Positions 38,552 through 53,046 of a DNA stretch of 64,000 nt are shown here, one piece after another. A program made the position numbers and the translations under genes. The notes under the pieces are model-generated. The model ran no database searches. It saw only the letters and a program-made list of their open reading frames with translations, and had not been told where the DNA came from. Every line of letters starts with the position of its first letter. Positions within the stretch are counted from its first letter, which is position 1. This stretch comes from Amphiscolops sp. MND2022 (Eukaryota): contig OZ076409.1 in the NCBI GenBank assembly GCA_964187785.1, positions 74,774,001 to 74,838,000 on the forward strand. The letters run 5' to 3'.

Positions 38552-40742
38552 CTAGGTGGAGGTTATTTTATAATAATTAAAGTGTTTTTTTCCGGAGTTT
38601 GTGGCTTTGGAAAAAACAAAAGGCGAGAAATTGGGCACTCCGGGCTGAACCGTATACACTCAAAATTCGCCCAATATTTATACGATCTCGAAACCCAGCC
38701 GTACGATTTGGCTGAAAATTTGCATGCGGCTAAAAAATCAGATTCTAAGAACTATTTCCTGCTGACATTTTTTTGAAATTTTTGTGTACGTTTCCCCCCC
38801 GCCCCCTAAAGGGGTCAATTTTCCCCAATTTTGCACTTATGAGTCAAATTCTCAAAACTGGTGGATCTGAGCGTATTCCCAGCGGGGACAACTTTTAACA
38901 AGCGCTCTTCAGTAGACCTTTTTGACTTTTTACTTTGGTGGTAGGTTCACCCCCCAAGGAGGAAATGGCGTTTTTGTGACTTCCGGTCGAGACTTTTTTC
39001 ACCCAAAAAATTGAAATAAGCCAGTTTTGAGCAGGAAGGAGTGGATTTGAAGTGTCTGTACCCTGCTAAAAATTTGTTGGGCTTGTAGCGATATATCTCA
39101 TACCAAGTCTGGTTTTCATCCCCAAACCCCCCTTGGGACCAAAATTCAAACAAACATTTTACCTCTATTTGTCGTTTTTTTCACAAAATGTCGTCATTTC
39201 TATCGGCAAAGATTTGAATTAGGGGCTCCTAATAGCGTACCAAAGTTCAAGTACACTTGGAGTGCAATTGAGTGACCCTTTTTGGGCCTCTCGTGTGTTC
39301 GGCAATGACCGGAAGTGGTATAAACCCCCCTTTTTTGACGTTTGTTGACCTTGAGACTCGCGCTTAGATGACGTTTGTGTCGCGCAAATCCTACAAACCA
39401 GTATTAGGATGACATGCTAGCCAACTAGAGAGCAATAAGGGAAACTATACTATACCGGAAGTAACCCCCTCTTGACCGGAAGTTGTCATTTTTGACCGGA
39501 AATGGTCCAAAACCTAGCGTGAAAGCAGTTTTTCATTGCTTTTAATGTCAACTTAATACTTTTTTCACTCTGCGCGAGCTTGCCTTCAGGTCCGTTAGTG
39601 TTGCCCGTGCACACTGCAACAAATATACATCTGTAAAGATTTGGCTATAATTTCGTCGGAGAGAGAAATAACGGATTTTTGTGATTTTTTTTCAAAAATA
39701 TTAGTCTTTATCTGTCATTTTTACTCAACGTTATTGAAAAGTAGAACCACAGGTGTTAGTCTCTGCACAAATATATGTCTAACAAAAGCACTTGTTCCAT
39801 TGGTTGCAGTTTGAGCGATCTAGTTTTGCCTCGTCACAAGTTAGGGGACTTGAAAAACTTTCAAAATCTTTTCCGAACTTTTTTCTAAACGTCACGTCTC
39901 TCAAAGTTAAGAAACTTCCTCACAACTAGGACTGCAAGTGAATGCATGTGGTAAGACCTATAAATGGAGAGAAAAACTCCGTTTAGGACGTCTCTTTATC
40001 TTAACGTGACGCTAAGAGATGTTGCTTTGAATGTGAGTTTGATATTGCGTCGAGAAGTAAAAGCGTGTAAATGGAACATTTGTCTCGATAAATACTCATT
40101 GCACAACACGCGATGAACCCCAATTACCCTCAGTTTCAGTTGTTTAGTACATCAACGTCTTCCAAAGACCTTTTATCTATTTTGAAAAGTGTCGAAATCA
40201 ATATTGATATCAGTTATCATGAAACACTTGAGTACATTCTCATCTCTCCCCATCGGGTGAGATGAGAATGTTCTTGCTAAAAGCCAGGTACTACGGCCCC
40301 CTTTTGTTTTAATACGATGCATTCTCTGCTTTAGCACATATATATTTTATTTCGCCTGATTGCTTGTATACTCTCTGACTTGTTGTTATAAATCTCTCGT
40401 CATTACTTTACATAAATATACAACCAAAAATCATTATCGTCAACGCCACATACATTTAGACGCCCACCATTCCGTAGGTATGTCGAGGCATACCTTTCGA
40501 TTACGTATGTCAAAACGCAAACGCGATAAAAAGTGCTGAAAGTCTGAAACAGTGACAAACAATTTAGACTATTTGACATATGGTAGGTTTTAATATGGGA
40601 GTTACACATCACTGACATTTCACATCATTCCAGCTGACGCCCACATACCAACATCAACGCCCACCGTCCGTGGGCATGCCGAGGCATGCCCTTCGACGAC
40701 GTATGCCAATTTCTGCATATCTACACTCAATTGCGGTAGCAG
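38552..40742 (+). mobile_element. Unit U22, type B variant, 2191 bp
   Basis: 5' part like U10; tail GCGGTAGCAG like U18. Confidence 0.7.
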
Positions 40743-42030
40743 CTAGGTGCCGGGATTTCTATTCGATAAAGTATGTGGCGCGCCTTGGGTAGGGTCCCTT
40801 GCGCGCTCTTGGGTATGGTGTTCACCAGCTAGGAAACAGGGGTCGATTTTTCGGGATCTCCTAAACTAGCCACACGATTTGGCTGAAATTTGGCACACGT
40901 ACTCCCCTCGGCACGGTGAAGATGATTTCCTACTGACGTTTTTCCCGCAAAATTTTTTTTGTTGTCCAAAATAACGGTTTTTGGGGTAAAATTTTGAACT
41001 TTTTTTAAATTTCATCTTATATCTCGCCACCGGTTTACGCTAGCGCTTCAAAACCCTGCTAAAGAAAGCTTGCAAACTGTCTCAGGAATGCGGTGTGAAA
41101 TTTTCAGCTCAATCGGACTTAAACTCGGGGAGATATAGCGTTTTTCCGGAGCGGGGGGGTTTCATTTTTCTAACGGTCCAGCTTATCTTTGCCATTTTTT
41201 CGAAAATGTACTCGCCTAAAGACCTCCCCTGGCCGGTTTTATTCCCAGCAAAACCATTTGGCCCTAAATACGGAGTTTCAGCGTTCCAGCATTCCCGGGC
41301 GAAAAGTTGTGGGACTTAGAAAAGTTCAAAAATTTTCAAAAAATTTTTTTTCCGTTATTTGGGCCCCCAAAGTGGGGGAAAAGACCCCCCAACCAGTAAG
41401 GCAAGTGAATGCATGTGCAAAGCCCTTGTTTAGAGGAGAAAAATGCCGTTTAGAACGTCTTTTTATCTTGGCTCAACGTTGACTTATGACGTTTTGAAGG
41501 TGATGTTTGGAGGTGTAAAGCACGTGAATAGTAAACGTTTTGAGTATTTATCTGATCTGAAAGCCATTGAGATGCAATATGGTTTGCTCAAAACGTAATT
41601 CATGGCAGTTTGGCAATCAATCAACAACCTTTGTTGTCGTTTGACATACTTTTTTGTTGTTATAATAAAAAATTTTGTGTATTTATTCATTTTTTTCTCA
41701 TCAAATAACTTGAAACAGTTGAGTACATTCCATCCCCCCTTCCGGGGGAGATGAGAATGTACTCGCAAAAAGCACCGAACTACGGCCCTTACCTTCCCGA
41801 GCTACGCAGTATAAGGATTACATATTGGTTCCGACGTTTTCATAGAGTTAAATCTTGGTAATCTGTCTGGATATGCAGAAAAACCAGCACGTGCTTTTTT
41901 ATACCAAGTTGCTTACAACGACAATTATTTTATATCAACGCCCCCATATTTATCAACGCCCACCGTCCGTGGGCATGCCGAGGCATGCCCTTCGACGACG
42001 TATACCAAGATATACATCGAGCGCGTTAGC
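40743..42030 (+). mobile_element. Unit U23, type E, 1288 bp
   Basis: E head; tail ATATACATCGAGCGCGTTAGC. Confidence 0.7.
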
Positions 42031-43318
42031 CTAGGTGCCGGGATTTCTATTCGATAAAGTATGTGGCGCGCCTTGGGTAGGGTCCCTTGCGCGCTCTTGG
42101 GTATGGTGTTCACCAGCTAGGAAATAGGGGTCGATTTTTCGGGATCTCCTAAACTAGCCACACGATTTGGCTGAAATTTGGCACACGTACTCCCCTCGGC
42201 ATGGTGAAGATGATTCCCTACTAGCGTTTTGCTCGCAAAATTTTTTTTGTTGTCCAAAATAACGGTTTTTGGGGTAAAATTTTGAATTTTTTTTAAATTT
42301 CATCTTATATCTCGCCACGGGTTTACGCTAGCGCTTCAAAAACTTGCTAAAGAAAGCTTGCAAACTGTCTCAGGAATGCGGTGTGAAATTTTCAGCACAA
42401 TCGGACTTAAACTCAAGGAGATATAGCGTTTTTCCGGAGCGGGGGGGTTTCATTTTTCTAACGGTCCAGCTTATCTTAGCCATTTTTTCGAAAATGTACT
42501 CGCCTAAAGACCTCCCCTGGCCGGTTTTATTCCCAGCAAAACCATTTGGCCCTAAATACGGAGTTTCAGCGTTCCAGCATTCCCGGGCGAAAAGTTGTGG
42601 GACTTAGAAAAATTCAAAAATTTTCAAAAAAATTTTTTTCCGTTTTCCGCCCTCCCCCCCTAGGGGAAAAGACCCCCCAACCAGTAATTTGAGTGAATTC
42701 ATGTGGAAAGGCCATGTTTAGAGGAGAAAAATCCCGTTTAAATCGTCTTTTTATCTTTATTCAACGTTGACTTATGACGTTTTGAAGGTGATGTTTGGAA
42801 GGTGTGAAGCACGTGAAAAGTAAACGTTATGAGTATTTATCTGATCTGAAAGCCATTGAGATGCAATCTGTTTTGCTCAAAACGTAATTCATATCCGTTT
42901 GGTAGTCAATCAACACCCTTTGTTGTCATTTGACATCTTTTTTTGTTGATATAAAAAAAAATTTGTGTATTTATTCATTTTTTTCTCATCAAATAACTTG
43001 AAACAGTTGAGTACATTCCATCCCCCCTTCACGGGGGAGATGAGAATGTACTCGCAAAAAGCCCCAAACTACGGTCCTTACCTTCCTGAGCTACGCAGTA
43101 TAAAGATTGCATATTGGTTCCGACATTTTGATAGAGTTATATCTTGGTAATCTGTCTGGGTATGCAGAAAAACCAGCACGTGCTTTTTTATACCAAGTTG
43201 CTCACAACGACATTTATTTTATATCAACGCCCCCATATTTATCAACGCCCACCGTCCGTGGGCATGCCGAGGCATGCCCTTCGACGACGTATACCAAGAT
43301 ATGTTCGAGCGCGTTAGC
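42031..43318 (+). mobile_element. Unit U24, type E, 1288 bp
   Basis: Close to U1; tail ATATGTTCGAGCGCGTTAGC. Confidence 0.7.
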
Positions 43319-45717
43319 CTAGGTGGTCGGGGTGTGTTTCCCAGCCAATTTTGCCGCGCGGGGAGGGACCCGTTCAGCGGCCCAGGTCATTATTTTTTTT
43401 ACATTAAAAAAAACGATACCCCGGAAAGCGATTTCGAAACCCACCCGTAGGATCCCTCTGAATTTTTGCATACACCTCCGTATAACAGATGTAAGAAAAA
43501 GTCAGCAAGGGCGTTTTCAATTCTAAATGGGGAATGTTGACCAAAAAGCGCAATTTATGTCCAAAAAAATGCAATTTTCCGACTTTTTTATTTTTGACGG
43601 CCCACAGCTCTTTTCCAGATGCCCGCCCAAGTCATAAACCGGAGTAAACTTTTGTTGGGCACTTCGTGAAGAATCTTTAGGGTGATTTTCGTTTCAATCC
43701 TATTTCCTGACGTTGACTTCTATGTGACGCAATTAGGTGCAAAATTGGGTGAAAAAACGCAATTTTGGTACTCAAGGGCTCATAACTCGTTACAGAGTCA
43801 ATTTAGCAAGTTGATTTATATCGACGTTTTTGTTGCCTACTTATAGGCAAACAATTAAGCAGAAACAAAATTTTCTGTGAGACATCGTCAAAAAAAGATA
43901 TCACTTGTTTAAAAAACGCAAAAAATGTAGTTTTTTGGATTTCGTGAAAAAAATATAAAAAGGTGGCGTCTACCGGCTGTTACAGGTAGCGGGTATTTTA
44001 TTGCAGTTAATAACTCACCTTTAGTAGTCATTTACTTGGATGGTTTTTGATTTTGAGAAAATGCATGATAACTTTCATTTTTTGCCTCACCAATATTGAC
44101 ACCCACGACTACCGTCGATTTTTCGAGTTCACGTATTCAACTGGATATACTTTTTTTCCAGTGCGTTTTACGGTCCTCACACAGGAGTGCAAAAATGTTG
44201 CCCATCTTAAACAGAAGGCATATGGTGAGTTTAGAGTAATTTGAAAGGTTTTCGACATGTCCAGAGATGCACAAATTTACAGTTTTTTTGCCCACAAAAC
44301 ACTATTTTACGAAACCCAACACTTTTTGCCAAAAATGTGAAACTTCGTCCACACAACTTAGATTGCAAGTGGGTGCATGCGGAGAGTACTCGAAATAACG
44401 AGAAAAATGAGCTAACGAACGCTCATTTACGACAACTTGACGTGGACTTAAGACATTTTGAAAATCACAAAAAAAGGACAACGATTTCAAAACAATCAGT
44501 TTGTAGTAAATGGCCAATAACTCCATACACAACCCTCCGAGCAAGCTAGTGTCCAATTACGTTTTTATTACCTGTGAGCAATGCAACAAATAATCAAAAG
44601 TAAAAGTTTATGTAGAAAATCGTCGGGGAAAGAAATAACGGGATTTTATATCACATTTAAGTGACAAAATTCAAAAATTAGTCTATCCATGGCATTTTCC
44701 CTAATATTTTTCGACAATACGCACACACGGGGTAAAATCTGCCTAAAACTGTGCCTACTAATACTATTTGATCCATTGGCAGCAAATTGTGCGTTCTAGT
44801 TCTAGTTTTCCCATTCAAAAATTATGCGACTTCGAAAATTTTCAAAATTTTCATTTTTCAACAAAATTTCAACTTCAGGCCTCCCGAAGGTAAGAAAAAC
44901 CCACACAACTATGATTGCAAGTGAATGCATGTGGAAAGTACTTGAACAGACAAGAAAAATGGGCTATAGAACGTCTCTCTATCGTAACCTGACGTTGACT
45001 TATGATGTTTTGAATGTGAGATTGCTACAGGGTCGAGAAGTCAAAGTGTGTAAGTGGAACATATGTCTCGTCGAAAACTCATCGGAAAACTTTCAGTGAA
45101 CCCCAAACACACTCAATTGCAGTTGCCTAGTGCAACAACGTCTTTTCAAGGACCTTTTACTTATTCTGAAAAGTGTCGAAATCATTATTAAATTCAGTTA
45201 GCAAGAAACACTTGAGTACATTCTCATCTCTCCCCATCGGGGGAGATGAGAATGTACTTGCTAAAACGGTCCCCTTTGTTTTCACGCGAGGCATTCTGTG
45301 CTTTGGCACATGAATACCTTTGTTATGTCTGACGTTTCGGATAAACGGTGACTTTTCATTAAATTTCCCGTCATTACTTTACGTAACATAATCTTTCTAC
45401 CATTCAACTTTAACTTCAAAGCCACATAAATTTAGACTCCTATCGTCGATAAACATACCGTGGCATGTTTTTCGATGACGTATGCCAAAACACAAACGCG
45501 AACAAAAGTGCTAAATTTCAGAAACAGTGACAAACAATTTTGACTGTTTGGTATAACATTTGGTAGGTTCTTATATGGAACTTACTCATCACTGATATTT
45601 CACAACATTCCAGCTGACGCCCACATACCAACATTAACGTCCACCGTCCGTGGGCATGCCGAGGCATGCCCTTCGACGACGTATGGCAAATAATTTATGC
45701 GACACCCCCGCCCACCT
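43319..45717 (+). mobile_element. Unit U25, type D variant, 2399 bp
   Basis: D head; tail ...CCCACCT. Confidence 0.7.
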
Positions 45718-48093
45718 CTAGGTGGTCGGGGTGTGTTTCCCAGCCGAATTTGCCGCGCGGGGAGGGACCCGTTCAGCGGCCCAGGTCATTATTTTTTTAC
45801 ATTAAAAAAAACGATACCCCGGAAAGCGATTTCGAAACCCACCCGTAGGATCCCTCTGAATTTTTGCATACACCTCCGTATAACAGTTCTAAGAAAAAGT
45901 CAGCAAGGGCGTTTTCAGTTCTAAACGGGGAATGTTGACCAAAAAGCGCAATTTATGTCCAAAAAAATGCAATTTTTCGACTTTTTTATTTTTGACGGCC
46001 CATAGCTCTTTTCCAGATGCCCGCCCAAGTCATAAACCGGAGAAAACTTTTGTTGGGCACTTCGTGAAGAATCATTAGGGTGATTTTCGTTTCAATCGTA
46101 TTTCCTGACGTTGACTTATAGTTGGGTGAAAAAACGCAACATTTGTTACAAAAAGTGCTTTTGGTACTCAAGGGCCCATAACTCGTGACATAATCAACTG
46201 AGCAAGTTCGTGTATAATTACAATTTTGTTGCCTATCTATAGGAGAACAAACAAGCAGAAACAAAATTTTCTGTGGGAAATCGTCAAAAAAAGATATCAC
46301 AGGTTTTATACTCAATAAAACAGTGTGTTTCGGTTATCGTGGAAAAAATGTAAAATGGTGGCATTTTTCGGCTGTTCAAGGTAGCGGGTATTTTATTGCA
46401 GTTATTAACTCACCTCTAGTAGTCATTTACTTGGATGATTTTCACTTTTGATAAATTGCATGATAAACTTCATTTTTTGCGTCACCAATATTGACACCCA
46501 AGATTACGGTCAAATTTTTCGCGTTCACGTGTTTAAATGGATATAACTTTTTTCCAGTGTGTTTTACGGTTCTCACACAGGAGTGCAAAATTGTTGCCCG
46601 TCTTAAATGGAAAGTATATGGTGAGTTTAGAGTAATTTGAAAAGTTTTTGAAATGTCCAGAGATGCACAAATTTACAGTTTTTTTGCCCACAAAACACTA
46701 TTTTACGAAACCCAACACTTTTTGCCAAAAAAGTCAAACTTCGTCCACACAACTTAGATTGCAAGTGGATGCATGCGAAGAGTACTTGAAATGATGAGAA
46801 AAATGAGCTATAGAACGCTCCTTTACGACAACTTGACGTGGACTTAGGATAATTTGAAAAATCACGAAAAAAAAGAACAACGGTTCCAAAACAATCAGTT
46901 TGTAGTTAATGGCCAATAACTCCATACACAACCCTCCGCGCAAGCTAGTGTCCAAGTACGTTTTTGTTACCCGTGGACAGTGCAACAAATAAGTAAAAGT
47001 AAAACTTTATGTAGAGTATCGTCGGAGATAGAAATAACGGGACTTTATATCACATTTAAGAGACAAAATTGAAAAATTAGTCTATTCCTGGCATTTTACC
47101 TAAACTTTTTCGACAGTACACATACAGGAGGTAAAATTGGCCCAATATCATGCCTAACAAAACTATGTGATCCATTGGCCGCAATTTGAGCGTTCCACCT
47201 TTCCCCAGTCATAAATTATGGGACTTCGAAAATTTTCAAAATTTCCATTTTTCAACAAAATTCCAAATTCAGGCCTCCCAAAGGTAAGAAAGTTCCACAC
47301 AACTAGGATTGCAAGTGGTTGCATGTGGAAAGTACTCGAACCGACAAGAAAAATGGGCTTTAGAACGTCTCTCTATCGTAACCTGACGTTGACTTATGAT
47401 GTTTTGAATGTGAGATTGCTACGTGGTCGAGAAATGTAAGTGGAACATATGTCTCGTCGAAAACTCATCTGAATACATTCAATGAACCCCAATCACCCTA
47501 ATTGCAGTTTCTTAGTGCAACAACGTCTGTCAAGGACATTTTTTGATAAGGGTCGAAATTATTATTAAATGCAGTTAGCAAGAGACACTTGAGTACATTC
47601 TCATCTCTCCCCATCGGGGGAGATGAGAATGTACTTGCTAAAACGGTCTTTTTGTTCCCATGCCAGGCGTTCTGTGCTTTGGCACATAAATACCTTTGTT
47701 TCGTCTGACGTTTCGGATAAACGGTGACTTTTCATTAATTTTCCCGTCATTACTTTACGTAACATAATCTTTCTACCATTCACCTTTAACTTCAAAGCCA
47801 CATGAATTTAGACTCCTATCGTCGAAAAACATACCGCGGCATCTTTTTCGACGACGTATGTCGAAACACAAACGCGAACAAAAGTGCTGAATTTCAGAAA
47901 CAGTGACAAACAATTTTGACTGTTTGACATAACATTTGGTAGGTTCTTATATGGAACTTACACATCACTGATATTTCACAACATTCCAGCTGACGCCCAC
48001 ATACCAACATCAACGCCCACCGTCCGTGGGCATGCCGAGGCATGCCCTTCGACGACGTATGGCAAATACTTTTAGCGACGCCCCCGCCCACCT
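45718..48093 (+). mobile_element. Unit U26, type D variant, 2376 bp
   Basis: D head; U5-like interior; U25-like tail. Confidence 0.7.
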
Positions 48094-50471
48094 CTAGGTG
48101 GTCGGGGCGCTCTCCCAACCTCTTCCGCCGCCTCGGGGAGGGTCCTGATTGGCGGCACCCCTTATGGAAAACTTACTGTTAGAAACGCACCAGTGTAATG
48201 CTGATTTCGAAAACCACCCGTACGATTTTGCTCAAATTTTGCATGTAGCTCCCAAATTCCAATACAAGAACTAATTCCTACTGCCATTTTTCCGGGAAAA
48301 CTCAAAAAGTTGGTCAAAAATGACATTTTCTGAGTGAAAAATGGCCATTTTTTGACTTTTTTATTTTTGATCGGCTATAACTTTTTCCAGGGTGCTCGGA
48401 TCGAAAAAAGTTTGTATAGGTAAAGTTGTTTGGCACTTCGGGTAGAACTCGTAGACAAATTTTGGTTGAGATCGGATGAAAATTGACTGAGAAATAACCG
48501 AAAAACCATCGATTTTTTGAAAAAAATTTTGACACACTAGTATGACTCTGCCGTTTTTCGGCCAAAGTTCTTTCTAGAACCTCGTCTAAAGTCCTCCCCT
48601 GGCTGAATTACCTCCCAGCAAAACCATTTGGCCCATTTGCCGAAGTTTCAGCGTTCCAGCATTCCCCGGGTAAAAGATAAATGACTTAGAATTTTTACAA
48701 AAAAATTTCAAAAAAAAATTTTTTTTCTTCAAGCTTCCCAAAGTCAAGGAACTTCCACACAACTAGTATTGCAAGTGAATGCATGTGGAAAGTGCTTGAA
48801 TAGACGAGAAAAATGAGCTATAGAACGACTCTGTAGCTTAACCTGACGTTGACTTATGACAATTTGAGTGCGTGCTTGCTATGTGGTGAAATTGAGGAAC
48901 AACCTAAAATGAAAGCTAAGTCTGATCTAAAACTTACCGAATTGCTTTTATTCAGCCCCAAAGCTGTTCAATTGCCGCTGTGTAGTGCAGCAACACTATC
49001 CAAGGCTTTTTAGGACGTTTTTAAGATGTCATTATGTTCTTTTTGGACAGTTTTTTTTGTACAAATAGGACTTTATTTTTCGGGACCTAACACTTTTTGC
49101 CAAAAAAGTCAAACTTCGTCCACACAACTTAGATTGCAAGTGAATGCATGCGGAGAGTGCATGAAGTGATGAGGAAAATGAGCTATAGAACGCCCGTTTC
49201 CGACAACTTGACATGGACTTATAAGAGTTTGAAAAATCACAAAAAAAATGAACAACAATTCACTAACAGTGAGTTTGTAGTAAATGGCCCATATTTCCAT
49301 ACACAAGATTCTCAGCACAATTCTATACCTTTTCGTTTTTGTTGTCCGTGATTGTGCAACAAATAAGTATTGTTAAAAGTTTCTGTAAAACATCGCCGGA
49401 AAGAGAAAAATGCGGAGTTTATGAGTAATTTTGTTTGAAAAATGACAAAATAGTCTATCTCTGCCGTTTCAGCACAAATTTTTTAAAAAAAGACGCCCAG
49501 TAGGTAACCCATGGGCTAATTTCGTCTCAACAAAACGGTTGGGGTCATTTGCCGCAGTTTTAGCTTTATAGCATTCTCCGGGTAAAAGTTGTTGAACTTA
49601 GAAAATTTTTGAAATTTTTTCAAATTTTTTTTTAACTTCAGGCGGCCCAAAGTCAAGAAACTTCCACACAACTAGGATTGCAAGTAGATGCATGTGGAAA
49701 GCCCAGTAATTGGGGAGAAAAATGCCGTTTAGAACGTCTCTTTATCGTAACTTGATGTTGACTTATGATTCTTTAAATGGGAGCTTGATTTGAGGTTAAG
49801 AAGTCAAAGTGTGTAAATGGAACGTAAGTCTGGTCAAAAACTCATTGGAATACATGCAATGAACCTCAACTTATCCTCAATTACAGTTGTCTAGTGCAAA
49901 GGTCTTTCAAAGTTGTTTCACTTCTTTTGATAAGTGTTGATGGTATAAACCATCAGTTATAGAGAAACACGTAAGTACATTCTCATCTCTCCCCATCGGG
50001 GGAGATGAGAATGTACTCACCAAAGGTCAAAACTACTAAATGCCTTTTTTCTGTACCATTTTATGTCACTGTCGAAACAAACATAAACAAATTAGTTTCC
50101 GACTCCTCCTTGGGGTTTTGGTTTGACTTCTGTAAAAAAAAGGGTACGAGGACTTGGAGATCTTTTAAGTGTTCCAAAAGAGACCTCCTATTTCACACCG
50201 TGGAAAACTTGAAGACATTTGTCATGAAATCACCTACTAGGATTCTCTCTGAGTACGCAAGTTCAATAAGTAACACATTTTATCTTCCATATTTGCTCCG
50301 ATGACCAGGATTGGAAACTAAATTAACCCAAGGTACTTAGCCAAAACGAGCAATACCAACTTTTGATTGAAAACCTCATCACAGTTTTTCTTTGAAAATT
50401 ACCTTCATTGACTTCTCAATTTATCAACTCAATCTCCTTAAGCGGCCCTATTTTGACACAAGCCTGCAGCG
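48094..50471 (+). mobile_element. Unit U27, type I, 2378 bp
   Basis: Three ACACAACT modules and a long hairpin at ~49973. The ~450 bp tail is unrelated to other units and has no palindrome. Confidence 0.65.
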
Positions 50472-51757
50472 CTAGGTGGCCGTGTCTTTTCGACGTGCTT
50501 TTGCATTGAGGAGTGGGTAGGGCCCCGCGACGACCTAGAAGAATTGGATGCTCACCGAAACGTGCAGAATTCTACGAGATCTCATAGTTTGAGCCATACG
50601 ATTTTTCTGAAATTTGGCATGTGGCCTGGAATTGGTGAGTAGGTAAAACGTGTAGAAGGTAATTTTTCCCAAATTCCACTGTGAGAGGAGATATGGGCAA
50701 ATAACGGACCCAAAAATGGCAAAAATGCACATTTTTCAACTTTGTCAGCCAATATCTCTTTTCCAGGTGCCCGTAGCGTTCCGCACGTGGACATCAAAAT
50801 TGCTCAGCGCTGTTGGAGGAGTGCGTGGACAAATTTTGGTTTAAATCGGACTTAAACTTGACGAGAAATTAACGGTTTTTGGGCGTTTCCGGGGTAAATT
50901 TTTTAACGGTCCAGCTTATCTTTGCCATTTTTTCGAAAATGTACATGCCTAAAGGCCTCCCCCTGGCCGAATTTACTCCCAGCAAACCCATTTGACCCTA
51001 AATACGGAGTTTCAGCGTTCCAGCATTCCGGGGCGGAAAGTTGTGGGACTTGGAAAAATTTCAAAATTTTTCCAAAAATTTTTTTCCCGTTTTCCGGGCC
51101 CCCAATGAAGGGGAACGACCCCCCAACCAGTATTTTGAGTGAATTCATGTGGAACGCCCATGTTTGGAGGAGAAAAATGCCGTTTAGCACATCTTTTTAT
51201 CTTAACTTGACATTGACTTATGACGTTTTGAATGTGATGTTAGGATATATGAAGCATGTTAAAAGTTGAAGTTTTGAGTCTTTATCTCATCGGAAAACCA
51301 TTGAGATACAAGCAGTTTTGCTAAAAACGATTTTCATTGTAGGTTAGCAGAGTATTAGTACACTTTGATGTCATTTGAGTATTTTTTTCTTCTCTATAAT
51401 AACTGTTTTTATGTATTTATTCCAATTTATCTCATCTTTTAACATCAAGCAGTTGAGTACATTTCATCTCCCTTTCGGGGGAGATGAGAATGTACTCGCT
51501 AAAAACCTAATGCTATGGCGCCAAAGTTTGGATGGGAAGTTTTCTATGCTTTGAAAAATGTTATTTTTAATTACTTGATTTTTTAAAACAATAATTAACA
51601 TGAAGTACATTACTTGCTCCTACTACTACTACTACCACCATACATCTCTAACGTCAACGCCCCCTGCTTGCATCAACGCCCCATCGTCCGTGGGCATGCC
51701 GAGGCATGCCCTTCGACGACGTATGCCAAATGCCCAGTGCCACGCAGTCTTTCCCCG
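50472..51757 (+). mobile_element. Unit U28, type J, 1286 bp
   Basis: Head CTAGGTGGCCGTGTC; E/F-like middle; terminal palindrome present. Confidence 0.7.
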
Positions 51758-53046
51758 CTAGGTGCCGGGATTTCTATTCGATAAAGTATGTGGCGCGCCT
51801 TGGGTAGGGTCCCTTGCGCGCTCTTGGGTATGGTGTTCACCAGCTAGGAAATAGGGGTCGATTTTTCGGGATCTCCTAAACTAGCCACACGATTTGGCTG
51901 AAATTTGGCACACGTACTCCCCTCGGCACGGTGAAGATGATTTCCTACTGACGTTTTTCCCGCAAAATTTTTTTTGTTGTCCAAAATAACGGTTTTTGGG
52001 GTAAAATTTTGAATTTTTTTTAAATTTTATCTTATATCTCGCCACCGGTTTACGCTAGCGCTTCAGAACCTTGCTAAAGAAAGTTTGCAAACTGTCTCAG
52101 GAATGCTGCGTGAAAAATTCAGCTCAATCGGACTTAAACTCGGGGAGATATAGAGTTTTTCCGGAGCGGGGGGGTTTCATTTTTCTAACGGTCCAGCTTA
52201 TCTTTGCCATTTTTTCGAAAATGCACTCGCCTAAAGGCCTCCCCTGGCCGGTTTTATTCCCAGCAAAACCATTTGGCCCTAAATACGGAGTTTCAGCGTT
52301 CCAGCATTCCCGGGCGAAAAGTTGTGGGACTTAGAAAAGTTCAAAAATTTTCAAAAAATTTTTTTTCCGTTATTTGGGCCCCCAAAGTGGGGGAAAAGAC
52401 CCCCCAACCAGTAAGGCAAGTGAATGCATGTGCAAAGCCCTAGTTTAGAGGAGAAAAATGCCGTTTAGAACGTCTTTTTATCTTGGCTCAATGTTGACTT
52501 ATGACGTTTTGAAGGTGATGTTTGGAGGTGTAAAGCACGTGAAAAGTAAACGTTATGAGTATTTATCTGATCTGAAAGCCATTGAGATGCAACCTGTTTT
52601 GCTCAAAACGTAATTCATATCAGTTTGGTAGTCAATCAACACCCTTTGTTGTCATTTGACATACTTTTTTTGTTGATATAATAAAAAATTTCGTGTATTT
52701 ATTCATTTTTTTCTCATCAAATAACTTGAAACAGTTGAGTACATTCCATCCCCCCTTCACGGGGGAGATGAGAATGTACTCGCAGAAAGCCCCGAACTAC
52801 GGCCCTTACCTTCCTGAGCTACGCAGTATAAAGATTGTATATTGGTTCCGACATTTTGATAGAGTTATATCTTGGTAATCTGTCTGGGTATGCAGAAAAA
52901 CCAGCACGTGCTTTTTTATACCAAGTTGCCCACAACGACATTTATTTTATATCAACGCCCCAATATTTATCAACGCCCCCCGTCCGTGGGCATGCCGAGG
53001 CATGCCCTTCGACGACGTATACCAAGATATGTTCGAGCGCGTTAGC
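51758..53046 (+). mobile_element. Unit U29, type E, 1289 bp
   Basis: U23-like 5' part with a U24-like 3' part. Confidence 0.7.

Noticed and set aside
50005..50304. 99-aa ORF in the unique tail of unit I
   Set aside because: It starts at an ATG inside the shared hairpin and has no recognisable similarity.
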